This document shows, one piece after another, positions 49,353 to 62,592 of a DNA stretch of 64,000 bases (positions within the stretch are counted from its first letter, which is position 1; the number at the start of each line of letters is the position of its first letter). Origin of the DNA: Sphaerodactylus townsendi (lineage: Eukaryota). The position numbers were made by a program, and so were the translations under genes. Location: contig NC_059436.1 in NCBI RefSeq assembly GCF_021028975.2, positions 35,402,001 to 35,466,000 on the forward strand. The letters run 5' to 3'. Below the pieces are notes generated by a model. It saw nothing but the letters and a program-made list of their open reading frames with translations. It was not told where the DNA came from and did not search any database.

Positions 49353-50899
49353 GTGCTATCCATCAGGATATTCTCAGTAGTGACTGCCCCACCAGTTTAG
49401 GTCTGCAAATAGATATGAGAAATTTGCATCTCATTATCCATTATTGGCTCCTTGGCCTGCTGTGCCCCGTCTTTGCAGAAGCCACTCAATGCCCAGCCCC
49501 TCCCGTGGCACAAGACATTCTGAACAGAGATTGGTCCAGTAGTATAGCTTTATTTTGGAGATTCGGTTGAGGAGGTTAACAAGACCAAGTATAAAACAAC
49601 AGCTATGTCGCAACCAGCAGCCAAAAGGATTTGGCATGTAGGGAAGGTGTTAACCAATAGCCTTTTCTCAGCCCTGTTCCCATTTGGCAGGCCACCTTGG
49701 CATCCTCTGTGGCCTCCTGGGCTACAAGAAACACTGTGCTCCAGGTTTGGATGAGCTTTTCTAGCAACCTGGCACAAGATTGGCAGACCTTCTAAGCAGA
49801 TTTTGGATACTTTGGGGGTGGGGGACAGCACCATCACACTGTAAGCGACTGCTTCCCCATCCGTTCTGGAAAGAGCCCAGCCCTTCATCTATTTGTGCCT
49901 GTGAACAAAATGAATGCTGGCAGGATCTGACTGGGACCACCCTTTGAAACCAAAGGGAGAGGTCTTGGCCAGTCAGCCAGCCCAAAATGTTTCAAAGGCA
50001 TTAGGCGGGAACTGACCCTGATTGACTAGAAGCTAAAGGTCAGATTCCCCCTTTGAAACACTCCACCAGCTATGACCATCAACAAGTTTCTTCAACCTCA
50101 CCTCCTGATCTCTCTAGCCCAACCCTCAGCATTCCTTGGACTTACTTTCTGGGTTGCAGGTCTGGCATTGCTCCCCAAGTTTGCTTGATCTATGGTCTCA
50201 ACTTGTCAGTGGGCCCCACTGATGTCAGCAGCCAGTAGAGGAAGGAGCTGCAGGGCCTTGGGGTTGACTGCTGGAAAGATGTGCATGTGTAAGTGTGTAG
50301 CAGTCAGATGACCAGTATGCTGCCCAAGGTTTACTTGAGACAGCCAACCCCTAAATGCCTTCTTTCTTCATGATGAGCACCTGGGGCTGAACCCCACTGG
50401 ACAATCAGCTGAGGCAATCCCAGAGCCCCCAAGTCACTAGTTTCAACCCACTTGGAGGGCTTGCTTGCTAACCAGACATCTAGCTATATATGGCTTGCTT
50501 ATTATTTTTATTTTTTGGCTTGGAACAAGATGCACGCCAAGTGACCAAGTCCTGCAAGAGGAAGGTGGTATCGTGCTCCCCCACTACAAATTCACATAAA
50601 CAGCTCTTCCCACTACAAATTCACATAAACTGAGTGTGGAAAGCTCCCTCTTTGCTTCCCCCTTCCCCCAGTGTATCCTTCTCATGAATCAGCATGTCTT
50701 TGCATACAGTGCTGTAATAAAAAAGAGGGGGAGAGTTTGGCTAGGGTTTGGGAGTAACCCACGCCCGGTTCACTCTGGAACTCTCACTAACTAGGGAAGA
50801 CAGCAAGGTGGACTCTTCCTTCCTCCAGGGGGAAGGGCAGCGCTGCCCGTGGAAAGAGCCCAAGCTGCACCTTTTGCCTTGGACATGGCTTGTCCTTGG

Positions 50900-51110
50900 A
50901 TCTATGGCTACCAATCTTGATCCTCCTTGATCTGAGGTTACAAATGCCTCAGCAGACCAGGTGCTCGGGAGCAGCAGCAGCAGCAGAAGGCCATTGCTTT
51001 CACATCCTGCATGTGAGCTCCCAAAGGCACCTGGTGGGCCACTGCGAGTAGTAGAGTGCTGGACTGGATGGATTCTGGTCTGATTCAGCAGGCTCTTTCT
51101 TATGTTCTTA
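50900..51110 (+). mobile_element. CR1 LINE 3' end
   Basis: Same 3' UTR as the 44988 copy, ending in ttcttatgttctta. Confidence 0.85.
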
Positions 51111-51172
51111 CGGCTAGCCTTTTCCCTTAACGCGGACGCAATCCAAGAAGCATCATCGTAACTTCAATCTGT

Positions 51173-51178
51173 TTTATT
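51173..51178 (-). terminator. Candidate RNF208 polyadenylation signal
   Basis: TTTATT on +, about 840 nt past the RNF208 stop, at the edge of repeat-free 3' UTR-like sequence. Confidence 0.6.
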
Positions 51179-52018
51179 GACGGCCAGGGCCCAAACAAGA
51201 TGCATTTCTGAAACAGTAATGAGGAACAGAGATCCTCAAGAACGAGGATTTAAAAAAACAAAACAAAAACAAACCATATATTTTTAAAAAGCTTCCCTCA
51301 AGGACATCAGGAAATGGGACCCTTCCAGGAAGTCTGTTGGCAACTGTCTTTCGATTGGCAGCAGCAAATCTGGACGCACTACAGCTTGGGCACAGAAACG
51401 GAAGCTTTGGCAAATAACTTAAAAAGAGAAACTGGCATTTGAGTTGGCCTCTGGCACAGGCCCGCCTGGCACCGCTTCTCTGGGATTCCTATATCTTGCC
51501 ATCTCCTTTGGCTGCTTCTGACTCCTAACATGGGTGGCTCCCCTGTCCAAGCCACTGGTAGAAAGGTGACCAGAGCTGATCTCCTGAGACCCCACACCGT
51601 GCACCACAGGGAAGGACGGAACACTGCCTTGGGCAATTAAATCCACAGACTTAATCCACTAAGATACTGCCGAGAAGGAGGGAAGGTGAACTGAAGGATG
51701 GACGTAGCTGTGGGCCGTGAGAGCGTGCTAAAATATCTCTCTCCGCCATGATTCTTGATGGTCCATCTTCCATCCTTCATCTAAGAGCTGAACATTCCGC
51801 TCTCTATTTCCCCTGTGTCAGTTTCCAGCAGGACACAACAGCAGGTTCTGGAGCCAGAATGGTTAAGAATCCCATAAAGCCATATAAGACAGATAAGCTT
51901 GTCCAAACGGGGGTCTCCCAAGAAAGGCTGCAGTGTTCTCCGCTCTCTTACGGTCCCGCTGCCCAGGGTGGTGGAGGGGTACAGGGGGAACCAGGGGGAA
52001 GGGCAAGGAGCACACAGC

Positions 52019-52819
52019 TTACATGATGGTGCAGGAAGACAGTGGGTTTCGAATGTGGCATGTGCAGGCCGCCCCGCAGTACTGGCGGAAGGTCTGATAG
52101 CAACTGCGGTCAGTATCGCTGCTCCACTGCACGGGGTTGGAAGAAAGAGCCTCCGCGGGAAGTCTGTTGAGGATGCTCGTGTTCACTGCCAGGGCAGCCA
52201 GTCCATAGTCAGTGAATAGCACGGTCTCCCTCTTGCAGGTGGGGCAGGAGATGAACTTGTACTTCGGGCAGGATTCGTAGAGGATCTGCAGGCACTCCTC
52301 GCACACAGAGTGCAGGCAGGAGAGGATGCGCGGGCGCTTGTTGGTGAAGTTGTACATGTGGCCGCAGGTCGGGCATTCCAGCGGCTCGCACGGGGTGGAA
52401 GCGTGCAGCACGTACTGGTTCACAATCACCTCGTCCGATGGCGGGGGCTGGCGATGGTAGCAGATCTCCGAGCTGCCTTTGCGCTGTCCTTGGTAGAGCC
52501 GCTCACGCCGGGGCAGAGGTGGTGTCCGAGATAACCCCAGAGCCCCCGGGTTACTGTCTAAGGCTGGGATGTCCCCACAAGCCTGGTTCACGATGATCTC
52601 TGACTCCGAAGGCCAGGCCCGCTTGGCAACCAGCGGAGGCTCACGTCGGGGGGCAGGGACGTAGCGCGACTGGGAGCTCTGCAGCTCCGAGAACTTCTCC
52701 GGATGGATGATCTTCATGGCTTCCATTTTGATAATGACCTGTTGCCCTTTCAGACATGACATGAGGAGGTTCTTAACATTACTGTCCGTGGCTCTGGGTT
52801 CTCCGAGGGTCTCCTGCAT
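52019..52819 (-). CDS. RNF208: RING finger protein 208, single coding exon, 266 aa (MQETLGEP...MSCLKGQQVIIKMEAMKIIHPEKF...SSCTIM)
   Basis: Recognisable RNF208 motifs (MSCLKG, KMEAMKIIHPEKF, EVIVNQY, RING CPTCGH...CLHSVCEEC...CPTC). The first ATG is at 52819-52817; the ORF-track start at 53056 is a TTG. Confidence 0.95.
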   Translation of the reverse strand: MQETLGEPRATDSNVKNLLMSCLKGQQVIIKMEAMKIIHPEKFSELQSSQSRYVPAPRREPPLVAKRAWPSESEIIVNQACGDIPALDSNPGALGLSRTPPLPRRERLYQGQRKGSSEICYHRQPPPSDEVIVNQYVLHASTPCEPLECPTCGHMYNFTNKRPRILSCLHSVCEECLQILYESCPKYKFISCPTCKRETVLFTDYGLAALAVNTSILNRLPAEALSSNPVQWSSDTDRSCYQTFRQYCGAACTCHIRNPLSSCTIM

Positions 52820-54171
52820 GAGGCTAGAAGTTGTTCGTAGCAGGCCAGGCTTTGAATCGTGTGCGAGCCGTGAAGCGGCAGTGCTGGAGAAAGCCGCTGG
52901 AACAGGGGCACATCCTGGGGCGAAAGGTGCCAAAATACTTCCTTCTTCCTGGTGGGTTGCAACCACAGTGCTAGGACCCCAGTTCCGTGTGCATTCCTTG
53001 CAAGGCAGGTTGCAGGGTGACAGGTAGGAGGCGAGGACCGTGTTACGTTTCCACAATTCGGGGCTTGGTGGGATGTTTCAGAATGCAGCTGGGTTGGGCA
53101 AACTGTAACACTTTACAGCGCTGGGATGGATGCCAGCCCTTGCGGGATGACACCTCACAGACTGGCTAGGTGAACAAAGCCAAAGCAGGCTGGGCTTTGA
53201 TTTTTCCACACTCCAGGCCTAAACCACTTTGACTGCAGGTGAGTCAGGCAGCATCTGCATCTCAGGATGGAATGCTATCAGAGCAGCCTGTGCTATGCCT
53301 TTGGCCCCTCCCTGCAAGTACCCCTCCCCCACAGGGCCTTGATTCCTGTTTACATTCGAGGAGATCCTGACCGGGCTCAAGAATGTGTTTTGCAAATTCC
53401 AGAGCTCTGACTTTCCCCCGTCTCTCCCACTCGCCTGGTCACAGACTTCTGCAAAGCTCCTTCCTCCGGGGCAGGTACCAGGAGAGAGATCCACAACTGG
53501 AACACATCCTGCTCAGGTGCAAAGCAGCAGGTTCCCACCTGACAGCAGGCAGACAGCTCCGTCTCTACAATGTGTTCTTGTGGCGCTTGCTGGAATGTCT
53601 GGAAAACAAAGCAGATCTTTTTTAAAAAAATCTGACAAGTGTTTGCAGAAATACATGCTTGGACTGGAACCTGCTGCTTATTCCTTCCTTGCTGAGGAAA
53701 AAAAGTTTATTCCCATTTGGACAGCCTGACCACCAGAGACCAAAGTGCTGTTTTAGCATTTCTGCTTCCTCCATTGTCCTCCACTCCCCCAAAAGCAGCA
53801 GCAGCAAGGTAAACAAACAAAAAACAACAATATTCAGGCTATATACTTGCTCAAACACTTGACCCCAAGACGAGTGCTGTAAAATTCAAAAGCTTGCCTC
53901 TAATGCTGTAAAAAATCTACTCTACCCAGTGAGAAGTATCATTCCACTTGTCCTGTGCTGTGATAGGCTATTGTGATTGTTCATTCTTCCACCCTCCCAC
54001 ACTGCATTGGGGTCTCTTGTTTGGAATAATAGAAAGATTCCATTTTCTCCTAGCTGCTGCTTGTTCTCGTTTTTGAAAGTCTGTGGAGTACACTGGTGTA
54101 TGAGGGTGGAGAGCTACTCCAAACATTAATGCACTGCACACAGCCATCATGATGGGAAAAGACGTGTTCTC

Positions 54172-54704
54172 CAGACATAACAGTACCACTCTGTTCTGCA
54201 TTGGCCAGACCTCGCCTGGAATACTGTGTCCAGCTCTGGTCATAATTCAAGAAGGATATTGACAAGCTGGAACAGGTCCAGAGGGGGGGCGACCAAATGG
54301 TAAAAGATCTGGATTCCATGTCCAATGAGGAGCGGCTCAGGGAGCCAGGTATGTTTAGTTTTGAGAAGAGAAGGTAAAGAGGTGACATGACAGCCATGTT
54401 TTAAATATTTGAATGGGTATCATGTTGAAGATGGAGGAAGCTTGTTTTCTGCTGCTCTAGAGACTAGGAAAAAGGAGTAATGGATTAAAAGCACAGGAAA
54501 ATAGATTTCACCTAAATGTTAGGAAGAACTTCCTGAAATAAGGGCTGTTCGACAGTGAAATACACTGCCTTGGAGGATGGTGGTGTCTCCTCCTTTGGAG
54601 GTTTTTAAACAGAGGCTGGATGGCCACCTGTCAAGGGTGCTTTGACTGTGTATTCCAGCATGGACTTGATGGCCCTTGTGGTATCTTCCAGTTCTATGAT
54701 TCTA
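54172..54704 (+). mobile_element. CR1 LINE 3' fragment, different subfamily, frame-broken
   Basis: PRLEYCVQLW...KDIDKLEQVQR-like peptide; ttctatgattcta tail. Confidence 0.85.
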
Positions 54705-57700
54705 GACTGTCCTGAATTTTTTTTCATTTATTCAAAAGACCCTTTCAAAAAGAAGTTGGCTCTGACTTTCACTAAAACAGAATGTAAAATGCTGAACGTT
54801 CTGGGGCCCTGCTAGGCCTGCTAATTTTTTTGCCTTGGGACAAAAAACAGGCTGTTTGAATGGTTCCCGGTGCTCAGAACTGATTTCCAGTGCTAGGGTC
54901 AATGCTGGAAATCCATGAACATAACACAAAAAATGGCCCGTATTTCCTTTGCTTTTGATTAACTACAGCTAATCTTCCATACACCCATGATGGAGGCAGT
55001 GTTTCCCTGATAGGGTAAGTGAATAAATTCCAATCTAGCTCAAACAATAACTTCTCGTTTTGGAAATTAAAGGCAAACTTCCGCCTGTCACTGGGGGTTG
55101 GAAAAGGAGATGTTGTGGTTTCTTGCTGTGTTAAGTTCAAAAGCCCACAATACAGACATACAACACACTCAGACCCAGGCACATCAGAAACCCGGTGCAT
55201 GCAACAGGCAGAGTTTCCAAGCTGGGCCAAACACTTTGTATGTGGTTGGGAACCGCAGTATGCATTCCCACGCAGGCACACACCATCCAGTCTGCTGCTT
55301 CTCACTAGCGCTCCAGCCCTGTCACAGCTCCTCTTTCAAGATATATCTAAACCGCAGACCTAAACAGGCTCCAAAGTCATTTCCTCTCTCTGGGGAACTG
55401 CAGGTCTCTGACGAAAGAGGTGAGCAGATACCAGGGGAACGAAATGATTTTGGACCAACTCAAGTTGAAGCTTGCAGTTGGGGAGGAGAGGAGCCAGCTT
55501 GTAAGCCTCCCAAGCTCTTCTTTTTAAGGGCTGGGCTGAAATAACAGCACAATGGAGCTGCCAGGCGTGAACACACAAGGCTTTGGTAAGCGGCTATATA
55601 CCCTCAGTCCTATAGTATCTGCTGCATGGGGATAATAATACGGACCTGGATTATTTCAGGATAGTTGTGCAGATGAAAGAGAAGAATTTAACATAGTTCA
55701 TTTTATACATGTGTGTCATGAACTCGAACTGTCTCAGTTTACCAGGAATGGTTTTTACTAGTGAAGAGCAAGATTCCAGTCCAGTAGCATCTTAAAGGCC
55801 AACAAGATTTCCAGGGTAGAGAGTCAAAGCTCTTTAAAAGGGACTACTGATAGCCCAACACAGCTGCATACCTGACATTGCCCTGGGTCAATAACTGCCC
55901 CTCTTGTTTAGCTTTTGGACGTGCCTTGTTCAAACAAACCAACAAACCTAAATAATGTTTCTCTCCGTTCTCAGAATCTGAATTTCTGAATGGAGGAAGG
56001 TTCATGGTGTCTCAAATGCACAGCCACATAAACGTACATGCACATAAACACTCAAGTATTCGGCGGCACACAGCTGGTCCCTTTGCACACTGCACCTATA
56101 GGTAGAACTCATGACAACAGTTTGCAGAACAATTCTGGTTTACCTATCATAACTATTTCATTATCCTCTTGACCTTCTTCTAAAGAGCACAGAGCAGTCA
56201 TATGTGGCTTTATACTCCTCTGTTTCATCTTTACCACAACTTGGTAAAGTAGGTTGGGTGAGAAAAAGTGATAAACCCAAAGTCACCCGGTGACTTTTAT
56301 GACTGAGCAAGCAAGGATTTGAACCTGAGCTTACCTGGCTCCAGTCCAACACTGTAACTACTACATGAAACCGGCTCACGACTGAGCTCCAACCAAACTC
56401 CTGGCTTTTCAAATAGTGCAAGGTACGCTATGGCAGACTGCAGGATTAGGATTAGGTGCGGAGCAGACGGAATAGACCCTTCTGCAGAGCCTCATGAAGG
56501 AGCTCAAGCAACAATTTTTCACACGGAAGTGGGGATGTCACAAGTACATTTTTCATCTGTCAAGTGATGGAGACTGTGTTAACGTTCAGCCAGAATGGAA
56601 ATGCAACTGCACCGGAAAGAGTTTTGCAACGCAGAGCAGGCGTGTGGTTTGGTTTTATTCTGAATGGTGGAAATTTGTGAGTCACACAAGGCTCTTCTTC
56701 AGAAAATTCCTTCTGAACAACAGGAAACATTCAGTAGAACACAATTAGTTGTTCTTGCTATACTAATTGCTAATACTTACTACACTGAGTCTGGTCACCT
56801 TTCCTTTACTCAGCAGTGATTACTCAGTTGCAAGATGGAAAAAGGAAGGTGGGAGATATAGCAGGGATTTTTTTAAAAAAAGAAAAAGAGAACTGAAGGT
56901 GGTTTAGAGAGCTGTGAGGTGTTCAAACGTATCCACTGGTCAAACAGGTTTTGCAAGTTTTTGAAGCAATACAGCCCCCTTCCCACAAAACTTGTTTAGC
57001 GGAGATGAAATTTTGAATGGCAGTCTCTTTTTCTAACTGCCTTCAGGAGAAGGGGGTCTCCAAATCAAAGTGAAATGGATGTTTTATTAGATTACCGGTA
57101 GACCCTTACAGCAAGAAAAGACGAATAGTGAATACCAGTGCTGGGCTTGTACTGCAACTCCCAGGTTCAAATGCCTCTTCCAGCTTATCCTACCTCACGG
57201 GACTGTTATGAAGATGAAACAGGATTCCTACGTGGCCATGCTGCCTCAAAAACAGAACAGAAATATCATGAGGAAGAGTAATAAATTTTCCACCAAAGAT
57301 ATAATCAGCTTATGGAATTTGTGGCCATGAGATGCTTTGGTAGTTGCTAGCACCAAGAGCTTAAAAGAAGGAAAATACGTGGCAAGTGAATTGTCTGTCA
57401 ACCGCTGAATGGATCCTCTATCTTCAGGGGCAGCAGGAATTAAAATCTATGCTGAGGTTTGAGATGCCAACTGCTATAGCACCAAGGGTGGTATGATTTG
57501 TAGAACATCATACTTAAGAATATACTGATCAGTGATATCCCATTGCACAAATGTGGTCTGGAAGTATAGAAAACAATTTCCTTCATCTGTTTTACTGTCG
57601 TTTTAAACCACACCCTTCCTTTGTTGAGTTTATCACAATTTAAACTGTAAACTCCTTGGGGCACAGACCTGGGGGGTGGGGCAGGGAGCTGCTCCTTTTA

Positions 57701-58859
57701 TTCTGTAATCTGCCACACGTACAGATAAAATGTTTGATAAAATGTTTCTACTACTATTGGTAGCAATAACAGTAAGTTACCTGGAAAACAGATATCTTCC
57801 CACATAACCTTCCTGGATCAGATCACAGGTCAAGATAGTCTAGCATTCTGTCACTTACAGGGACAAGATGGGGTACGAAGGCAATACCACTCAATCCTGC
57901 TTGCTCCCAGCATCTGAAATTCAAAGGTAGCCTCCCTCTGTGTAGGGATGCTTTAAGTCCCATGGCTGACAGGCACTGATACACTTCTCCATTTCATCGG
58001 ATCCATTTTTTAAAAGCCATCTGAGCTAAAAGCTGTCACCATATTTTGCATGCAGCAAATTCTTCAAGGTAATCGCTCCACGTACAAAGAATGATTCATT
58101 TGGATCTGCCTTGAAATTAGAGACACATTTAATCATTTTGATGTAAACCCTCGGGCAGTAAATCATCTTTGGTGGTGAAGGGATGCGGCTGTGTAAATTG
58201 CTCTGCACATCAATTATCACATAAAGATAACATGGCGGGGGCATGCTGCCCGCCAAGACCCCCGGAAGCAGCTTCTATCTGCCTCTTGTGCCCTGCTCTG
58301 TTCTGAGGAGCTCACATGATATTAAACAAGTGTACCTATTTTTATCTGACAAACACTAGAGGGTACACATCTCTTGCACGCCTACATACCTGGTTGCACA
58401 CGCGCACACACACTCAAGAGTATTCCCAGCTGCCCCAAGACACACCAACACAGGCTAGCGTTCCAAAGATCATACACCAAATGATGTTCTCACCAAGCTC
58501 GGTTTGTATCTCCGCAGGGCCTTGTTTACTAGGGCAGCTTTGCAGTGCACCCAAAACAGCCCTTCTCTGCCGCTTCAGTTCCAGGCGTGCTTCCAAAGGC
58601 CCAGTCTTAGAGGTTATCTGAAAGGCAGCCGAGGGCTGTGGTCCTTCTTGACACCCTATTAGGGCCCCTAATCCAGCCCTGCTCAGACCATCTGACCTAG
58701 GGTGTCCGCAAATGCCTGCAGGCTGCAGCCCCTTGCTCCAGAGAACCCAACTGATCTTACCAAAGGCAAAGCCAAGAAAGGCTGCTCCTGCAGATGTGAT
58801 GGATCCAGATGTTTGCTGCCCAGGCCAGATGTTCCGCCGGGCCTAAAACAGGTGCTGTC

Positions 58860-59995
58860 AGCTCCAGAGCAGGTTAGCAAGAGGCGCTCCCTCTAATCCA
58901 GTGGTTTCCTTGCAGAGGCGGCGAAGGGCAGCCTCCGGGGCAAGGGCTGGTAACTCCACACTCTCCCCTCCTCTAGCTGGCAATGCTGCTTTGGCTTCCT
59001 GAAGCAGGAGGCCGGATTCCTCTTGCCTGGCGATGGAGAAGACGATCTGGGAAACAGTGGAAGCCGCGGCAGCTCCGGACCGCGAGCCCAAGGAGCGAGT
59101 CGTCCGCCTGGAAGGGCTGCGTTGCTTTTTCCTATCTCTGCAAGGGCACAGATGCTGGCAAGTGCAGAGAGATGGGGCGGGGGGTGGGGGGAGAGAAATC
59201 CTGCCTAGATCCTCCCTCCTGCTGCGTGCCTGGTTCCTGGATGGAGGGGAGGGGATGGTCGGTGCCAAGAACCACGGCTTCTGTTCCTCTCCTCCCGGCT
59301 AGCCGAGGCTTGTGCTTTCCCGGGGGGTGGGGGGGCGTCTCTCCCCGAAGGATGCTGCTGCTCACAATCCGGGAAGAGTGTCGTTTCCAGAATGCCCGGG
59401 ATGCCGCAGGGCCTCCTTTGGGGAAATGCTCCAGGGTAGGGGTGGGGTCGGCCTTGGATCCCTTTGCAAGCCCTCTTGGGCGCTTAGCAGGGGCGCGGGC
59501 AGGCTCGCTTTCCCTCCCTGCGGCAGGAACTCCGACCTGCAGCTTGCAAGATGCTCCGCCGCGGGGGCTGTTTTGTTTCCCGGGCGATGAAGAGCCGGGA
59601 TGCCGGGAAGCGCGCGAGGGCTGCTGCCTGCTTGCTCGCTCGCTCGCTCGCCCGCCTTCCTTCTCCTCTCCCGTCTCTGCAGTGAGCACTGCAGTGATGC
59701 AGCCAGCTGAGCTCACGTTTCTCGCACTCAGCAGCCCACAGCCTCGTGGGCCGCAGTGCCTTCGCGCCTGCTGTTGGCTGCTGGTTTTTCATTCAAGGCC
59801 AGCCTCCCCTCCCCTACGCTGCTCCCACCCCCAGCCAGCCCCGCCAGCCGCGGGCTGCAAAGAAGCCCCCCGGCCGCCTTGCCAGGCCCGGCCCCCGCCC
59901 GCCCAGACAAGTGCAGAGGCGACTGCGGCTTCCTGCCGCCCCAGCGCTGACCCCTCACCTCCCTGCGGGACGCCAGAGGAGCTCCCCCCCCCCCC
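58860..59995 (-). promoter_or_regulatory. CpG island, probable RNF208 promoter and non-coding first exon
   Basis: Sharp rise in GC and CpG content, GC boxes and a (GCTC)n tract. It lies about 6-7 kb upstream of the RNF208 CDS on the - strand. A strong - strand acceptor (tttttttcctcag) at 53692-53704 could receive it. Confidence 0.65.
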
Positions 59996-61588
59996 AAATA
60001 TTATGAATGGAGAAAACCAGGTGTTCTTGCTGGAGCTGCAAGCCTTCTTATTCATAATAAACAATGGCAATAATAATTATGATTTAATTTTGTCTAATAT
60101 CACACATGCCAGTTCTTTAGATGATGATTGGCCTTTCTTTATCATTTCATTGCAATTACAATTCGAGCCCCACCCAGAGTCCTAGGACGTTGGAATGTAT
60201 CAGGGTAGTGTGTGTTTATGTGGATCCCAGCAGGGCTGCCCTTTGAACCTGACAGAGGTTGATTTTGTTGTAGATTTGAAGGTGTTTCAAATGCAGCCCT
60301 GGTGTTTTCTGAATGCTGCCCAGGGTGCCGATTACCACTGGGACTGCCTCATCTGGTTTGTGCCATAGTAACTGAATCTCTATCTTCCAATTATGATATT
60401 TAGTGACATTCTCATGTTCTTTTTCATTGAGGGATCATTATTATTATTAGTACAATACAATAAACCTTTATTGACATAACTATGAGCCGTTATACATTCC
60501 CACGTCAAAGTTTATTTATGAAAAGGATAATGTGGATTAGAAATTTAACAGTTCAATTATAAAACAAAAAGTTTATAAAACAAAAGGTATGATTCAGTTG
60601 AGATTAAAATCCAAGTTTAACAAATTTCTAGCAGATCCCGAGTCTCAGCATATTTGCTAAAAAGGTGTAACCTTCCCCATGATCTATCTAAGACGGTATA
60701 ATACAGAGTAATTGCCTTTTGCTATAGAAATTGCAATGGATAACAGTGAACTCCTTAAATCCACATTCTGCAATGTAACAGAGGTACCAAAAGATGAAAA
60801 ATATTCCACATTTAGATATGGTTTTGTATTTATTTGAAGATTGTTTACCATTCGAATTTGAATTCAATGACTTTTGGTAGATATATTTATGTCAGGTTGC
60901 ATTTCGAGACAAGAAAATGTAATCTGTAATATTACATGTCTCTTAAGGACATGACCTGCAATAATAATAATTTAGTAGTAGTAGTATTGTTTAGCATCTC
61001 AAAAATCCTGCCAACAGTCCTAAGAGGTAGCCTGCTGGCATTTTTACAAAATATCCATACCCTCTCATTTCCTAATCACCAATTTTCCCGTTTTCTTCCT
61101 GCTTTGATGCAATCTTTCTCTGAACTGCTTTGATGCAATCTTTTTGCAGAAACTACGACAACTACGTGAAGAATTGCTGCTGAGCAAAAGCAGCCATAAC
61201 CAGTTTTAAGAGTCGGAAGGGACATTAGAGATCATTCATTCCAGCACCCAGAGGACTTAGCAATTGCAGCATTCCTGACAGATGGCCATCCACCTTTGCT
61301 TAAAGACCTCTATTGAAGGAGAGTCCACCAGTTCCCAAAGCACTCTGTTCCACCACTGAATAGCTGTTAGGAAATTTCTCTATTTAGCCAAAATCTACTT
61401 CCTGGCTCTTACTTACCCTCTCAAAACACTAGACCACCCTTGCTTTGTCATGACAGCCACTACAAATTAAAAGTACTAGAGAAATTAATGAAAGGCCATT
61501 ACCTACAAGAGCAAAATGAGGCAGAGGCCCTATACCAGAAGCTGTTGTCTTCTTGCCCGGCTTGTGGGCTTTCCAGCTGCATCTCGTT

Positions 61589-62592
61589 TTTTTTTTTTAA
61601 ACATTTTTATTGATATTTCGGAATTATTACAGATTTATAATGTGTACTTTATATACATCCTCCATATCTTTTCCCCCCTTTTCCCCCTCCCCCTCCCCCT
61701 CCTTCTTCTTCTCTTCTTTAGATGCGCAGCAGCAGGTCCATTCTTTTCAATCTTCTTGTCCATTTTTCTTCTGTAATTCCAATTTCGTTTAGCCAGTCTT
61801 TGAATTCCATCCAAATCTCCTTCATGTCCTTTTGTTTTTCTTGCCATATTTGATTTCTTGACATTGTGTCGAAAATTTCTAATTGTATTTGCTCCCATAT
61901 ATATTCCAACCATTTCTGCATTGTCCAGATTTTTTTGTCCTTCCACCCCAATGCTATTACTGCATGGGCCGCTCTGATCATGAATTTGAAAAGTTTTCTT
62001 TTTCTTTGTTCTATTATAATATGATCCACTATACCTATAAATAGTAAATCTATATTTATCTTTATTTTTACCTTTACATATTTTTCTATGTATTTTATCA
62101 CATTTTCCCACATATTTTTACTTCTGTACATTCTAGCCACATATGGGTATATATTGCATTTTTATCTCCACAATGCCAACATTTAGGACTGTCTCCTCTT
62201 ATCATATCTGCCATCTGTTTATGTGTTCTATACAATTTTAATATTAATTCCTTCTCTATTCCTACATATTTATCTCTTTTTATTTTATTTATATTGTCTA
62301 TAGTCCTTTTAATAAGCTCTATGTCTTTCACTCCATCTTGTTGCCATTTTTCCATTATGATTCTTATCATAAATCCTTGATCTTCTATCATGTTTTTGTA
62401 TAAAACACCTAAGATTTGTCCTTTCTTTTCCTTATATATTTTTATACAACTTTTAATTATACACTCTTCCTCCCTCCTGGAGGCTTTTGTCTTTTCCCAG
62501 ATTCCTCTTAATAGTAACCAGTTTTCTTTACCTCCTTTCTCTAAAAAATTTGGAAACGGTATTAATTCTCCTCTTTCATTGTACAGTTGTGC
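61589..62592 (-). mobile_element. 5'-truncated L1-clade LINE (about 1 kb) with poly(A) tail and 18-bp TSD
   Basis: ORF2 CCHC knuckle CWHCGDKNAIYTHMWLEC; one frameshift near 62115; AATAAA plus poly(A) (poly-T on +). TSD TTCCAGCTGCATCTCGTT at 61571-61588 and 62593-62610. Confidence 0.9.

Noticed and set aside
57775-57795. - strand tgttttccag|gtaact, resembling a recursive splice site in the presumed RNF208 intron
   Set aside because: The intron is only about 6 kb and the pyrimidine tract is short; such motifs arise by chance and cannot be supported without reads.
58983-60185. 400-aa ORF on + (and overlapping 194-aa and 136-aa ORFs on -)
   Set aside because: It lies in a CpG island where stops are rare. 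The translation is Pro/Ala/Gly/Arg-rich with no domain and runs into AT-rich noise.
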